DNA from: Blastocatellia bacterium
Lineage (GTDB): Bacteria; Acidobacteriota; Blastocatellia; UBA7656
NCBI GenBank assembly: GCA_963765495.1
Contig: CAVXWP010000001.1
Span: 1,120,001 to 1,184,000, forward strand
DNA: 64,000 bases
Direction of reading: 5' to 3'
Under the pieces are notes generated by a model. The model made no database searches, was not told where the DNA came from, and saw only the letters and a program-made list of their open reading frames with translations. A program made the translations under genes and the position numbers. Every line of letters starts with the position of its first letter. Within the stretch, counting starts at the first letter, position 1. This document shows positions 28,205 to 38,246 of the stretch, piece after piece.

Positions 28205-29893
28205 ATGCGTAGAAAGCTGAAATGGTTAATGATTTCGCGGCTCATCATAGCCGGGGCACTGCTTGTGCTTTTGGGCGTGATTGAGCAGAGCACATCCAGG
28301 TCATTTCTGCCCGTCCTGACGATTGTAACCGCGTCTGTATTGCTGGTATCGGCGTTGTACTTTCTGGCTTTGCGCTCCTCAATACCTTTCACAACGCAGG
28401 GTTATCTGCAACTGTCGCTCGACCTTTGCATAATCACGTGGCTCGTTTATAACACGGGCGATGTCGAATCACCGTTTCTGGCACTCTACCTTGTGATCAT
28501 CTTTGCCGCCAGCGCCCTGTTTGGTCGCTTTGGCATCTCGTGGCTGGGCGTCTCGGCCGGGTTGCTTTATGCGGTTACGGGGCTGCTCACTTTGACAAGC
28601 GCTGTGCCTCGCGCAAAGGGCTGGCCGGCCTATGAGATGAAGATGCTGCCCTGGGTCGAGTTCATGTTTGCCCTCAACCTGATAGCCATCCTTGCTGTTG
28701 TTGCCCTGTCGTCACAGTTGGCCGAGTATGTGCGCCGCAGCGAATCCCAGCTTGCAACCGCTACAAGAGAACTGGCTGATAACCGCCTCTTCAATGACCG
28801 CATTATTGAGAGCATGAGAAGCGGTCTTGTCACAACCGATCTTCAAGGCAACATACGCACCATCAATCGAGCCGCCGAAGAGATAACCGCTTATAAGGGG
28901 CAGGATGTTCGAGGCAAACATATCTCTACGATATTCGGCGATATAGAAAAGCAGATCGAAGTGGGGCTTGAATCAATACGCACGCGCTCGCGGCTGCCCC
29001 GGTTTGATGTAGGGTGCAAGACCGCCGAAGGAGACGAAATACATCTGGGATTTTCGGTCGCGCCGCTTGTCGACGAGGCCAATCGTTCGGGCGGATACGT
29101 GCTGACTTTTCAGGATTTGACCGATGTTATGGAGCTTGAACGCGAGGTCCGTCGCCAGGAACGGCTTGCCGCGCTTGGCAAGATGGCCGCCGGGCTTGCG
29201 CACGAGATTCGCAATCCGCTTGCTTCCATGCGCGGGTCCGTGCAGGTGCTCGCAAGCGAATTGAGCCTCTCTCCTGACCAGTTGCAGTTGATGGACATTG
29301 TGTTGCGCGAATCCGACCGGCTCAATCGCATAGTCTCTGACTTTCTCACTTATGCCCGCCCGCCGCGCACCGAACGCACGGTGGTCGAGCTTTCCAGCAT
29401 CCTTTCCGAAACGGTAGCTCTGTTGCGTAACAGCCCGGAGCTGATGTCGTCTCATCAGATATTGGAAGAGTACCCGCAAGAGCCTGTCCATTATAACGGC
29501 GACCCGAATCAGATAAGGCAGATATTCTGGAATCTGTCGCGCAATGCGATTCAGGCCATGCCGATGGGTGGCGAGCTTCGCGTCACGCTTGATGAGGGTC
29601 GCGACGGAGAGGTGACTATTACATTCGGCGATACGGGCAAGGGCATGAGTCGCGAGCAACAAGAGAGGATGTTCGAGCCCTTCAATTCCTCAAGCGGCGG
29701 AACGGGGCTGGGAATGGCCATAGTCTATCAGCTTGTCAGAGACCACGACGGCAAGATACTCATAGATAGCGAGGCCGGGAAGGGCACGCGCATTTCGATC
29801 AAGCTGCCGGCCACGGGCCGGGTCACGCGAAACCCGGACCCGAATGCGCTCGCGGAGTCCCACTCGTCGCTGGCAACTTTAAGTCGAGTTTGA
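28205..29893 (+). CDS. pilS: PilS-like sensor histidine kinase
   Basis: About 6 TM N-terminus (TGDVESPF), PAS domain, AGLAHEIRNPL, GTGLGM; synteny. Confidence 0.88.
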   Translation: MRRKLKWLMISRLIIAGALLVLLGVIEQSTSRSFLPVLTIVTASVLLVSALYFLALRSSIPFTTQGYLQLSLDLCIITWLVYNTGDVESPFLALYLVIIFAASALFGRFGISWLGVSAGLLYAVTGLLTLTSAVPRAKGWPAYEMKMLPWVEFMFALNLIAILAVVALSSQLAEYVRRSESQLATATRELADNRLFNDRIIESMRSGLVTTDLQGNIRTINRAAEEITAYKGQDVRGKHISTIFGDIEKQIEVGLESIRTRSRLPRFDVGCKTAEGDEIHLGFSVAPLVDEANRSGGYVLTFQDLTDVMELEREVRRQERLAALGKMAAGLAHEIRNPLASMRGSVQVLASELSLSPDQLQLMDIVLRESDRLNRIVSDFLTYARPPRTERTVVELSSILSETVALLRNSPELMSSHQILEEYPQEPVHYNGDPNQIRQIFWNLSRNAIQAMPMGGELRVTLDEGRDGEVTITFGDTGKGMSREQQERMFEPFNSSSGGTGLGMAIVYQLVRDHDGKILIDSEAGKGTRISIKLPATGRVTRNPDPNALAESHSSLATLSRV

Positions 29894-29977
29894 TCTGGTC
29901 AGAAACTAGAAGAGAGAGTGAAGAATCCTTTCTCGTCTTTGCTTATTTGCATAATCAGTTATAAATGAGGGGAAGTA

Positions 29978-31405
29978 ATGGAGAAGATTTTAGTTGTTGA
30001 TGACGAACGCAGCATGAGAGAACTGCTGGAGCTTGTGCTCAAGCGCGAAGGCTATGCGGTGCACACGGCCGAAAACGGCTCGCGCGCGCTCGATCTGGTC
30101 CGGCAGAACCTTTACGATCTGATAATCTCTGACGTGAAGATGCCCGACATAAACGGGATAGAGCTTCTCGAACGCGTGCGCGAGGTTTCGCCCGACACGA
30201 TGGTTATTATGATCACCGCCTTTGCCACGGTTGATACAGCGCGGCGCGCCTTTAAGCTCGGGGCGGAAGATTTTGTCATCAAAGATTCGGGATTCGATGT
30301 AGAAGAACTGAAGGTCACGGTCGGCAAGGTTCTGGAAAAGAAACACCTGCGTCAGGAAAATGTCCTGCTCAAGCGTGAACTGCGCCAGCGCAATTCTTTA
30401 GACAATATAATCGGGCGCTCGCCTCAAATGCAGGCCGTCTATCAGATGATAGAGACCGTGGCGGCGACGGCTTCGACCGTTCTTATCACGGGCGAGTCGG
30501 GAACGGGAAAAGAACTGGCGGCGCGCGCTATCCATCACATGTCTGACCGCGCAAGCCACCCGTTCGTATCCATAAACTGCGGCGCTTTTACCGAAACATT
30601 GCTTGAATCCGAATTGTTCGGTTACATGAAAGGCTCGTTTACGGGCGCAGTCGCCAATCGCAAAGGATTGTTCGAAGCGGCGGAGGGGGGAACCATCTTC
30701 CTGGATGAAATAGGCGAGACCACGCTCACCATGCAGGTAAAGCTGCTGCGAGTGTTGCAGGAGCGGTGCATTCGCAGGGTCGGCGGGCTTGAAGAAATAC
30801 CAGTAGACTGTCGCGTAGTCGCGGCCACAAACCGTGACCTCTCTCAGATGGTCGAAGACAACACGTTTCGCAACGATCTCTTTTATCGCATAAGCGTCAT
30901 TCCGCTCGAGATGCCGCCCCTGCGCGCCCGAAGGATGGACATACCCGAGCTTGTCCGCCATTTTCTGATCAAGTACAGCGCGGCGGCGGGCCGGTCTACG
31001 CTGGATATTTCGGAAGAAGCGGGCAATTATCTGGAAGGCTATGATTGGCCGGGTAACGTACGAGAACTGGAAAACACCATCGAGCGCGCCGTCGCGCTTG
31101 AGCCTACGGGCATCGTGCAGCCTCAACGCCTGCCCGAGCGGATATTGAAATACAAGCCGAGAACCATTACCGACATAGACCTGCCCGAAGAAGGCATAGA
31201 CCTTGAAGGCTATCTCGCGCAACTCGAAAAGGATTACATCATTCGCGCTCTGCAACGCACGGGAGGCAACCAGACCCGCGCCGCGGAAATTTTGAATATG
31301 TCTGTCCGCAGCCTGCGCCATCTGCTCGACAAACATAAGATACGTCAGACCGCGAGCCTCCTGCGCGAATCGAACGCTATGAGCGATAGCGCCGTTCACA
31401 AGTAA
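29978..31405 (+). CDS. pilR: Sigma54-dependent response regulator (PilR-like)
   Basis: Receiver domain VVDD..SDVKMP; GESGTGKE, ESELFG..GSFTGA, FLDEIGE, WPGNVRELEN; Fis-type HTH. Confidence 0.9.
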   Translation: MEKILVVDDERSMRELLELVLKREGYAVHTAENGSRALDLVRQNLYDLIISDVKMPDINGIELLERVREVSPDTMVIMITAFATVDTARRAFKLGAEDFVIKDSGFDVEELKVTVGKVLEKKHLRQENVLLKRELRQRNSLDNIIGRSPQMQAVYQMIETVAATASTVLITGESGTGKELAARAIHHMSDRASHPFVSINCGAFTETLLESELFGYMKGSFTGAVANRKGLFEAAEGGTIFLDEIGETTLTMQVKLLRVLQERCIRRVGGLEEIPVDCRVVAATNRDLSQMVEDNTFRNDLFYRISVIPLEMPPLRARRMDIPELVRHFLIKYSAAAGRSTLDISEEAGNYLEGYDWPGNVRELENTIERAVALEPTGIVQPQRLPERILKYKPRTITDIDLPEEGIDLEGYLAQLEKDYIIRALQRTGGNQTRAAEILNMSVRSLRHLLDKHKIRQTASLLRESNAMSDSAVHK

Positions 31406-31666
31406 AGACGCGAGAGTCGCGCGCCGGTTTCCTCTCTCTTTCGATTGCCGCACTTTGTCTGCTCTATATTTATCGGCTCTATATTTATTGGATGTTGGCG
31501 GAAATCCTATCCCAGATTGCCCTCCGTTCGTCAGACTCATAGTCGTACTTCGTTTTTCACCTCGTTTTTGAATTCAAGTTTTCAAGTTTTTCTAGTAGAT
31601 TTAGTGGGCGCTAAAGACTCTGCGCGTTGCTTGAATATAAGAACGACATTCGGGTTTGAGGTGAGA

Positions 31667-33061
31667 ATGACTTCGATATACTTCTGGACAATTGTAGCTT
31701 ACATGGTTTTCCTGGTCGGAATTGGCGCAATGCGAAGTCGCGGCGTCGAAAGCCAGGAAGACTTTTCAGTGGCCGGACGTCAACTGGGCCCCTTCGTCTT
31801 ATTCGGGACTATGCTGGCGACGTGGATAGGGACAGGCTCGATTTTCGGCAATGCCGGAAAGACCTATGAAGTCGGCATCGCCGCGATAATTCTGCCTCTG
31901 GGGGCGCTGGTCGGCATTGCGGCGCTCTCGTTTCTTGCCGGACGGGCGCGGAGCCTGCCTGCTATTACGGTGCAGGATATTCTTGAAGCGCGCTACAACA
32001 AATGGGCCCGCGTGCTTGGAGTAATAACACTCGTCTTGACTGCGGTGACGATAGTTTCTTATCAGTACCGGGCGGCGGCGGCGGTCATCAACCTGACTTT
32101 GCCTGATCTTGATTTCAAAGCTGCGGTCATCATCGTTGCGATCTTCATCGTCATCTATACGGCGCTTGCAGGCATGTTTTCGGTGGCCTACACCGATCTC
32201 GTGATGGGCGTAACGATGATGATAGGCATTCTCATCACACTGCCTTACCTGTATCTGAAAGCGGGCGGCTATTCAGGTATCGCAGCCGCACTGCCCGAAG
32301 ATCATATGAAGGTCTTTGGGCCGATAAACTGGGTGCAGGCGATAGGACTGGTCCTACCGGGCGGGCTACTCATTCTCGGGGATGCGAATATGTATCAGCG
32401 TTTCTTCTCCGCGAAATCCGAAGGCGCGGCGCGACGAGCGACTATCTGGCTGCTGATCGGTGTCACCTACATGGAACTGATGATCATATTGACCGCGTGG
32501 GTCAGTTCGGCGCTCGAGTGGCAGGGCGGAAAACTGGAGGTGCCCGGGCGCGTGATCGCTTATGTAGCCCGCGATCAATTGCCCGTCTGGCTTGGCGCTC
32601 TGGTGTTGACCACGATAATGGCTATCGTAGTGTCAACGGCGATCTCGTACCTGCTCGTTCCGGCGACCGCGCTCGTGCGCGATGTCTATCAACGCTTCAT
32701 TAATCCCAATGCCAGCGAGCGCAGCCTTGTCTGGTTGCTGCGGAGCATCGTTGTGGGGCTTGGGCTGGTGGCCTATGTGATCTCTACTTATTCAGAGAAG
32801 TTTCTCGAAGTGGCATTGCGCGCTTATACGATTTACGGGACAGGAATAACGCCCTCGCTGGTGGCGGCGCTTGTATGGAAGCGGGCGACATCGGCAGGAG
32901 CCGTGTGTTCGATATTCACAGGCGTTGCGACAACGCTCATCTGGGAGTTTGGCGGACTGGGCGCGAGCACAGGAATCGATCCCGTGATTCCGGCCATTAC
33001 CCTGTCAGTCTTGATGCTGATAGCGGTTTCGCTGCTTACCTCACCAAATCCTGAACCATGA
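31667..33061 (+). CDS. Sodium:solute symporter (SSS) family transporter
   Basis: DFSVAGR, ATWIGTGS, SVAYTD, YQRFFSAK; about 13 TM; ATG at 31667 with GAGGTG RBS. Confidence 0.92.
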   Translation: MTSIYFWTIVAYMVFLVGIGAMRSRGVESQEDFSVAGRQLGPFVLFGTMLATWIGTGSIFGNAGKTYEVGIAAIILPLGALVGIAALSFLAGRARSLPAITVQDILEARYNKWARVLGVITLVLTAVTIVSYQYRAAAAVINLTLPDLDFKAAVIIVAIFIVIYTALAGMFSVAYTDLVMGVTMMIGILITLPYLYLKAGGYSGIAAALPEDHMKVFGPINWVQAIGLVLPGGLLILGDANMYQRFFSAKSEGAARRATIWLLIGVTYMELMIILTAWVSSALEWQGGKLEVPGRVIAYVARDQLPVWLGALVLTTIMAIVVSTAISYLLVPATALVRDVYQRFINPNASERSLVWLLRSIVVGLGLVAYVISTYSEKFLEVALRAYTIYGTGITPSLVAALVWKRATSAGAVCSIFTGVATTLIWEFGGLGASTGIDPVIPAITLSVLMLIAVSLLTSPNPEP

Positions 33062-33101
33062 CCAGGCAGACTCGAAATTAATCTCTCTCTCTTCCGGGCT
33101 T

Positions 33102-33121
33102 TCAAATCTCAAATCTCAAAT
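33102..33121. repeat. Heptamer repeat (TCAAATC)n, single arm
   Basis: TCAAATC-TCAAATC-TCAAAT; same family as 58535-58562. Confidence 0.55.
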
Positions 33122-33130
33122 GGTTTTTTC

Positions 33131-33160
33131 TTGACCGATCTACGACATTTGTAGTAGAAT
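33131..33160 (+). promoter_or_regulatory. sigma70 promoter (TTGACC-N18-TAGAAT) overlapped by a BlaI/MecI-type operator CTACGACATTTGTAGTAG (33140-33157)
   Basis: Near-palindrome with ACA-TT-TGT core resembling TACA-N2-TGTA boxes, directly upstream of the BlaI-family gene; extra TTTGTAGTAG half-site at about 33169. Confidence 0.75.
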
Positions 33161-33198
33161 CAGCCTCGTTTGTAGTAGTAGCTTTTTGGGAGGGTTGA

Positions 33199-33600
33199 AT
33201 GGGGCGCAAAAAAGGCGTAAAGCTGACGAAGTTTGAGTTAGAGGTCATGGACGCGCTGTGGGAGATGGGAAGCGCATCTGTCAGGGAGATTCAGGAGCGG
33301 CTGCCGGAAAAGCGGCGGCCCGCCTACACTACGGTTCAGACGATAGTGCGAAGGCTTGAAGAGAAGCAAGCCGTTCGACAGGTAAAGAAAATAGGCAACG
33401 CGCACATATTCGAGCCGCTCATCACGCGCAAGGCGGCGCATCAAAGGTTGATAACCGAATTGCTTGAATTGTTTGGCGGTTCGGCCCGACCTCTGATGGC
33501 TCACCTGGCCGAATCGGGCAAGCTTACGCTTGAAGACGTGCGAGAAGTGGAAAATATTCTGAACGAACAAGAGAGCGCCGACCGAAGTGGAAAGGAGTAG
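33199..33600 (+). CDS. BlaI/MecI/CopY family transcriptional repressor
   Basis: LTKFELEVMDALW..SVREI..AYTTVQTIVRRLEEK..LFGGS. Confidence 0.95.
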   Translation: MGRKKGVKLTKFELEVMDALWEMGSASVREIQERLPEKRRPAYTTVQTIVRRLEEKQAVRQVKKIGNAHIFEPLITRKAAHQRLITELLELFGGSARPLMAHLAESGKLTLEDVREVENILNEQESADRSGKE

Positions 33601-33606
33601 CAGGCT

Positions 33607-35610
33607 ATGGAGTTGCACGAATGGATGGCCGGCTGGTCAAGCCGGGCGTGGCCTTTGGTTGCCGATCACCTGTGGCAGGCCACTCTGTTTTCGGCTGTCG
33701 CATTTATTGCCGTGGCGCTGCTCAGGCAAGCGCCTGCGCGGGCGCGCTACTGGGTCTGGCTCGTAGCCTCGGCAAAGTTTCTGATCCCGTCAGGTCTGTT
33801 TGTCGTGGCAGCAGATCGGCTGGGGCTGGATATATCGGCGCTCATTTTTTCGAGCGAGCAGGGGGCCAGGGCCTTTCAGATCGTCGCGCCGGTCTACTAC
33901 TTTTCTGATCAACTCATCGTAAACGTCACGGCCGGGGCGGGGCATAATGAAATCTATTGCGCTCTCACAATCATCTGGATAGCCGGATGCGGTGCGCTTG
34001 CTAGTTTGTGGAGTAAGCGACGATGGCAGTTTCAACGGGCGCTCAGGGCGGGGAAGACTGTCACCAGTGGTCGGGAAGCAGAGGTCTTAAAGAGGGTCTA
34101 TTTGTGGCTTGGCGTCAGGCAGCAGGTAAGCCTCGTGGTCTCGCCCGATGTGGCGGAGCCGGGAGTCTGGCGAATCCTCAGGCCAATCATCGTGATGCCT
34201 GAAAGCGTGGCCGATCATCTGAGTGAGGCGGAGCTTGAGGCCGTAATCATGCACGAACTGGTTCACGTCGTCCGGCGTGATAATTTGTTCAGCGCGATTC
34301 AGATGATTCTTTGTTGCCTCTTCTGGTTTCATCCCCTGGTCTGGGTGATAGATCGTAAGGCGCTCGCCGAGCGCGAGCGGGCTTGCGATGATCGGGTGGT
34401 GGAGCTTGGCGGAGCTTCAAGAGTCTATGCCACCGGTCTGTTGAAAGTTCTGCGTTTCTGCGTAGGATCGCGAATAGCCGGGATCTCTTATGCTACGGGT
34501 TCAAATCTGCGAAGGAGGGTTGAACAAATCATGGCTAATGATACGAATCGACGGCTTTCAATATCGCATCGTCTGTTGATTATAGCGACTGCGGTGATAA
34601 TGACAGTTCTGTCGTTTGCGGCCGGGGCCTTAAACCGCGACAGCGTCCTGGCCTGGCAGAAGGTAAGTTCTGCGGGGCTAGGGAAGGCGGCAGGGGAAGG
34701 CACAAGCGCGGGTGTAGGGGGCGGCCTTGGTGTAGGGGGCGGCCTTGGTGTAGGGGGTGGCCTTGGTGTAGGTGGCGGCCTTGGTGTAGGGGGCGGTGTT
34801 TCAGACGGCGTATCGAGCGACTTGATTCAAGTTGACACTTCTCAGGGAACGCTGAGCGTATCGGTGAAAGAGAAATTGTTTAAGGAACTGGAACAGGCCC
34901 CCAGAGCCTCCATCAAATTCGATAACATGTACAAAGCGCCGGTTTCAATTTCCAGCGCTTATATTCAGACCGTCAGGACCACTTCTTTTGACGCATTCAA
35001 AATCTCCGTCTCGCTCGTCAGTAATTCGGATCGTCCCATCTCCGGTTATGTAATAGAGATAAAGAATAAGGCGACTGACCTGACGCTGGAAATGTTTGGT
35101 AAGGCGCCCATCGAGCCCTATGCGTTTCAGGAAGGACTGTCGCTGACGGGGATGACAAGCGGGCTGGGCGATTCAGACGATTTAACGGCGAGGATTGCTG
35201 GCGTTTTATTCAAAAACGGTGAGACCTGGGGCGATGTGCCGCCGCCGCCGCCGCCCCCATCTTCTCTTTCTGCGCCGAGCGCACCGGCTGCGCCGCCCCC
35301 GCCGCCGCCGGCCCCGGACGCGCCCAGGGTCATTCGGAAATCAGGTGGCGGGCTTGCCAACAGTGTCGTTACGCGCGTAGACCCTGTCTATCCCGCTCTG
35401 GCCAAAGCCGCGAATGTTTCGGGCGTGGTCGTCGTCGAGATTACGATTGATGAAGCCGGTAATGTCATAAACGCGCGAGCCGTAAGTGGACATCCTCTTT
35501 TGAGAGACGCTGCATTAGATGCTGCGCGCCAGTGGACATTCGTTCCGACTCAGTTATCTGGAGAGCCGGTCAAAGTCATCGGCGCTGTGACATTCAACTT
35601 TACGCTTTAG
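33607..35610 (+). CDS. M56 (BlaR1-type) metallopeptidase fused to a TonB C-terminal domain
   Basis: HELVH zinc motif, FWFHPLVW, ERERACD; Gly-rich and Pro-rich linkers; PVYPALAKAANVSGVVVVEITIDEAGNV..W.F.P TonB_C. Confidence 0.92.
   Translation: MELHEWMAGWSSRAWPLVADHLWQATLFSAVAFIAVALLRQAPARARYWVWLVASAKFLIPSGLFVVAADRLGLDISALIFSSEQGARAFQIVAPVYYFSDQLIVNVTAGAGHNEIYCALTIIWIAGCGALASLWSKRRWQFQRALRAGKTVTSGREAEVLKRVYLWLGVRQQVSLVVSPDVAEPGVWRILRPIIVMPESVADHLSEAELEAVIMHELVHVVRRDNLFSAIQMILCCLFWFHPLVWVIDRKALAERERACDDRVVELGGASRVYATGLLKVLRFCVGSRIAGISYATGSNLRRRVEQIMANDTNRRLSISHRLLIIATAVIMTVLSFAAGALNRDSVLAWQKVSSAGLGKAAGEGTSAGVGGGLGVGGGLGVGGGLGVGGGLGVGGGVSDGVSSDLIQVDTSQGTLSVSVKEKLFKELEQAPRASIKFDNMYKAPVSISSAYIQTVRTTSFDAFKISVSLVSNSDRPISGYVIEIKNKATDLTLEMFGKAPIEPYAFQEGLSLTGMTSGLGDSDDLTARIAGVLFKNGETWGDVPPPPPPPSSLSAPSAPAAPPPPPPAPDAPRVIRKSGGGLANSVVTRVDPVYPALAKAANVSGVVVVEITIDEAGNVINARAVSGHPLLRDAALDAARQWTFVPTQLSGEPVKVIGAVTFNFTL
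34711..34800 (+). repeat. In-frame 18-bp tandem repeat x5 (GVGGGL)
   Basis: GGTGTAGGGGGCGGCCTT units with few substitutions. Confidence 0.9.
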
Positions 35611-35777
35611 CATCTGGACACTCGCGCGCGGGCACCCGGGATTTCAGGTTTCATATCTCCGTTCGGCAAGAGTGAAAGGTTTTGATTTCAGATGTAATGA
35701 ATTTGTCTGTTCGAGTTTGAGTTTGCTATCGTTTTGCCACGCGCTTGATCGAATGGCAACGATAGGAGATCAAACTG

Positions 35778-36248
35778 ATGGGATGGGAATACCAGCTTCG
35801 GATCATCGCCGAGGTGGGACTTGCGATGTTGCTTGGCGGTCTCATCGGCTTCGAGCGAGAGGTCGCGGATAAGGCCGCCGGGCTTCGCACTCACATGCTC
35901 GTAGGCGGCGCGGCCGCGTTGCTGGTCGGGTTGAGCGATGCGCTGCTGAACACCTACAGCGCAAATAACAATGTCGGTCTTATCAGGTCTGACCCGATTC
36001 GAATCATCGAGGCGATAATCACAGGGATCAGTTTTCTCGGAGCCGGAACGATCTTTCGCCGCGATAAAGGCGAGCAGGTTAAGGGGTTGACTACGGCGGC
36101 ATCGATTCTATTTACTGCCGCCGTAGGTATCTGCGTAGCTCTACGCCAGTTTGTGCTTGCCGTAGGCGTCACATTGCTTGCGCTTGTAATCCTGCGCCTT
36201 ATGGTCCTGGTCGAAAATCGCATATCCGGTCATCACGATAAACCTTAA
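35778..36248 (+). CDS. MgtC/SapB family membrane protein
   Basis: GFERE..AGLRTHMLV, DPIRI..GISFLGAG, GLTTAA. Confidence 0.93.
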   Translation: MGWEYQLRIIAEVGLAMLLGGLIGFEREVADKAAGLRTHMLVGGAAALLVGLSDALLNTYSANNNVGLIRSDPIRIIEAIITGISFLGAGTIFRRDKGEQVKGLTTAASILFTAAVGICVALRQFVLAVGVTLLALVILRLMVLVENRISGHHDKP

Positions 36249-37342
36249 AGCAACACGCCGCGCGACGGTATCCACAAATTCATTCTGAGCGGCGAAAGGT
36301 TGATCCTCGGTAAGGGGAGGGCCATCGGGGCAATCGCGGGTATCTCGATGCGTGGCATCTCAATGACCATAGGGGCGATCGCGGGTATCTCGATATGAGG
36401 CGACTGAATCGCCATCGGACCAATCCCCGGTACCTTGATATGTGGCAACTCCAGGACCATCGGTTCGATTTCCGGTATCTCTATTGCGGGCATCGAGAAG
36501 CTGAAGTCGAAAGGCTCGATTATCATTTGATCCGAATCGTCATCAAGAAAGACCTCAGACGTATTCGCGCCTTTTTCAAGCTGAACACTAAAGCTCATCT
36601 CCTGCTTGTTGCGCAATACTTTGACCTCGACCGCGCCCTCTTGTTTCTGTCTGAGCGCGCGCATGACGCCCACGGGACCTTCGATCTTTTCGCCGCCAAT
36701 CGAGAGAATTACATCGCCCGCTTTGATACCTGCTCTGGCAGCCGGTGAATCTTCGCGAACGGATGTGACCAGCGCGCCCGTCCCTTCGGGCACGCCGAAG
36801 TATTCGCTCAACTGTGAAGTCATGCCTTGCAACTCGATCCCCATCCGACCGCGCTCGCGCACCCGGAAGTTTCTGCTAATAGTCCTGGCACCTGCGGGGG
36901 CGACCTGGACGCGAACACTCGAAGGCTCGGCAAGCTCCATATCAAGCTCTATCTCGGAGCCGTTTCGCACGACCCCAATTCGCACGGAACGCCCGGCGGG
37001 GGTCTCGCGCTTGAGCCGCTGCAATTCCATAGCGCTGTCCACCCGTTCGCCGTTCCACCGAATGATCACATCATCTTTTTGCAGACCGGCCTTTGCAGCA
37101 GGGCTATCGGGCAATACTTCTGTCAGCAGCGCGCCGCGCTCTTCCCGAAGATTCAAGCGCTTTACAGTCTCTCCGGTCACTTCTTCCAGCCGAACGCCCC
37201 TAAATCCGCCGCCCCGAAGCGACCAGACGCGGGGCTGTCTTTGATTGTCTCTCTGCGCATCTCGTCCGGCTTTGCCTTCGGCCAGGGCCACGGCGCTCGT
37301 CGTCAGAAGAATGGTCAAAAAGAACAGTGATATTCGTTTCAT
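36245..37342 (-). CDS. Secreted tandem-PDZ protein without a protease domain
   Basis: Signal peptide; two PDZ domains (SPAAKAGLQKDDVII, SPAARAGIKAGDVIL); C-terminal 15-aa repeats. Confidence 0.85.
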   Translation of the reverse strand: MKRISLFFLTILLTTSAVALAEGKAGRDAQRDNQRQPRVWSLRGGGFRGVRLEEVTGETVKRLNLREERGALLTEVLPDSPAAKAGLQKDDVIIRWNGERVDSAMELQRLKRETPAGRSVRIGVVRNGSEIELDMELAEPSSVRVQVAPAGARTISRNFRVRERGRMGIELQGMTSQLSEYFGVPEGTGALVTSVREDSPAARAGIKAGDVILSIGGEKIEGPVGVMRALRQKQEGAVEVKVLRNKQEMSFSVQLEKGANTSEVFLDDDSDQMIIEPFDFSFSMPAIEIPEIEPMVLELPHIKVPGIGPMAIQSPHIEIPAIAPMVIEMPRIEIPAIAPMALPLPRINLSPLRMNLWIPSRGVLL

Positions 37343-37430
37343 AACGCTTTTTCCTCCCTGATTGTGAAGTAGTCCTTAAACCATTACTCGCTCGTTACCC
37401 GCTTCTGGTTCCAAATATTTTGGCCTCCGG

Positions 37431-38204
37431 TCAGCGAATCGTGATCGTGCCGTTTATATTGCTCATCGTCAGCGGTATGCCGCCCCCGCCTATCTGCCCG
37501 CGAAAACTCGAACGGCTCACCTTCTGCAACGACACATTTGGCATTTCGGCGCGAACATTGCCGTTTATCTGCGTGACGTCGATGTCGGCATTCAGGCCGT
37601 CCAGAACATGTATGTCAATCGCCCCGTTGATGCTCGACATGCGAATGCCGCGCTCGCCGAGCCGGGCAATGGTCATCGTCACGCGCCCGTTGATCGAGGA
37701 TAGCTCAACATGATCGAGCGCCTGCCCCAGTTCGAGCCTGCCGTTGATGCTCTTCAAAACAACAGGGCCGTCAATCTCTCCGATATTGATCGTGCCGTTG
37801 ACGCTTTTAGCCGTCAATTCGACCTGACGCGGAATCTTGAGCGTTACGCGATGGCGCACCTGCACATCGCGGACATCGTCTCGCGCCCCCGACACAACAA
37901 GGCTCGACGGCGAATGCGAAATATTTATCTTGTGATACTGGAGGTCTTCGCGGGTTCGTGCCGAACGAATTATGTGAACTTCGGCGGTGTCGGTGTAAGA
38001 GGTTTCAATCACGACCGGCCCGTTTATGCTCGATACTTCGACGCTAGCGCCGGGCGACAGTTTGTAGGATTGATTTATCTCTTCGGTTTCCGGCAGGTCG
38101 TGGTCTTGCCGGTCGTTTGTGGATGGATAAAAGCTCAAAGCCTGCGGCGCAGCCACAAAGATCATCGCTACGCCAACGAGCAAGGCAGTCAACACTCTTC
38201 TCAT
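37431..38204 (-). CDS. DUF4097-like beta-strand repeat protein (secreted)
   Basis: Signal peptide; repeated SING/SVNG motifs; ATG at 38204 with GAGGTG RBS. Confidence 0.82.
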   Translation of the reverse strand: MRRVLTALLVGVAMIFVAAPQALSFYPSTNDRQDHDLPETEEINQSYKLSPGASVEVSSINGPVVIETSYTDTAEVHIIRSARTREDLQYHKINISHSPSSLVVSGARDDVRDVQVRHRVTLKIPRQVELTAKSVNGTINIGEIDGPVVLKSINGRLELGQALDHVELSSINGRVTMTIARLGERGIRMSSINGAIDIHVLDGLNADIDVTQINGNVRAEMPNVSLQKVSRSSFRGQIGGGGIPLTMSNINGTITIR

Positions 38205-38246
38205 AATTTTTTCACCTCTCGTAATTGTTTTGCCCAACGCCCGGTT

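Noticed and set aside
30398-31540. 380-aa antisense ORF
   Set aside because: Shadow of the pilR-like AAA+ regulator.
31445-31666. 74-aa N-terminal extension of the SSS transporter
   Set aside because: TTG start without RBS; the ATG at 31667 has GAGGTG and fits family length.
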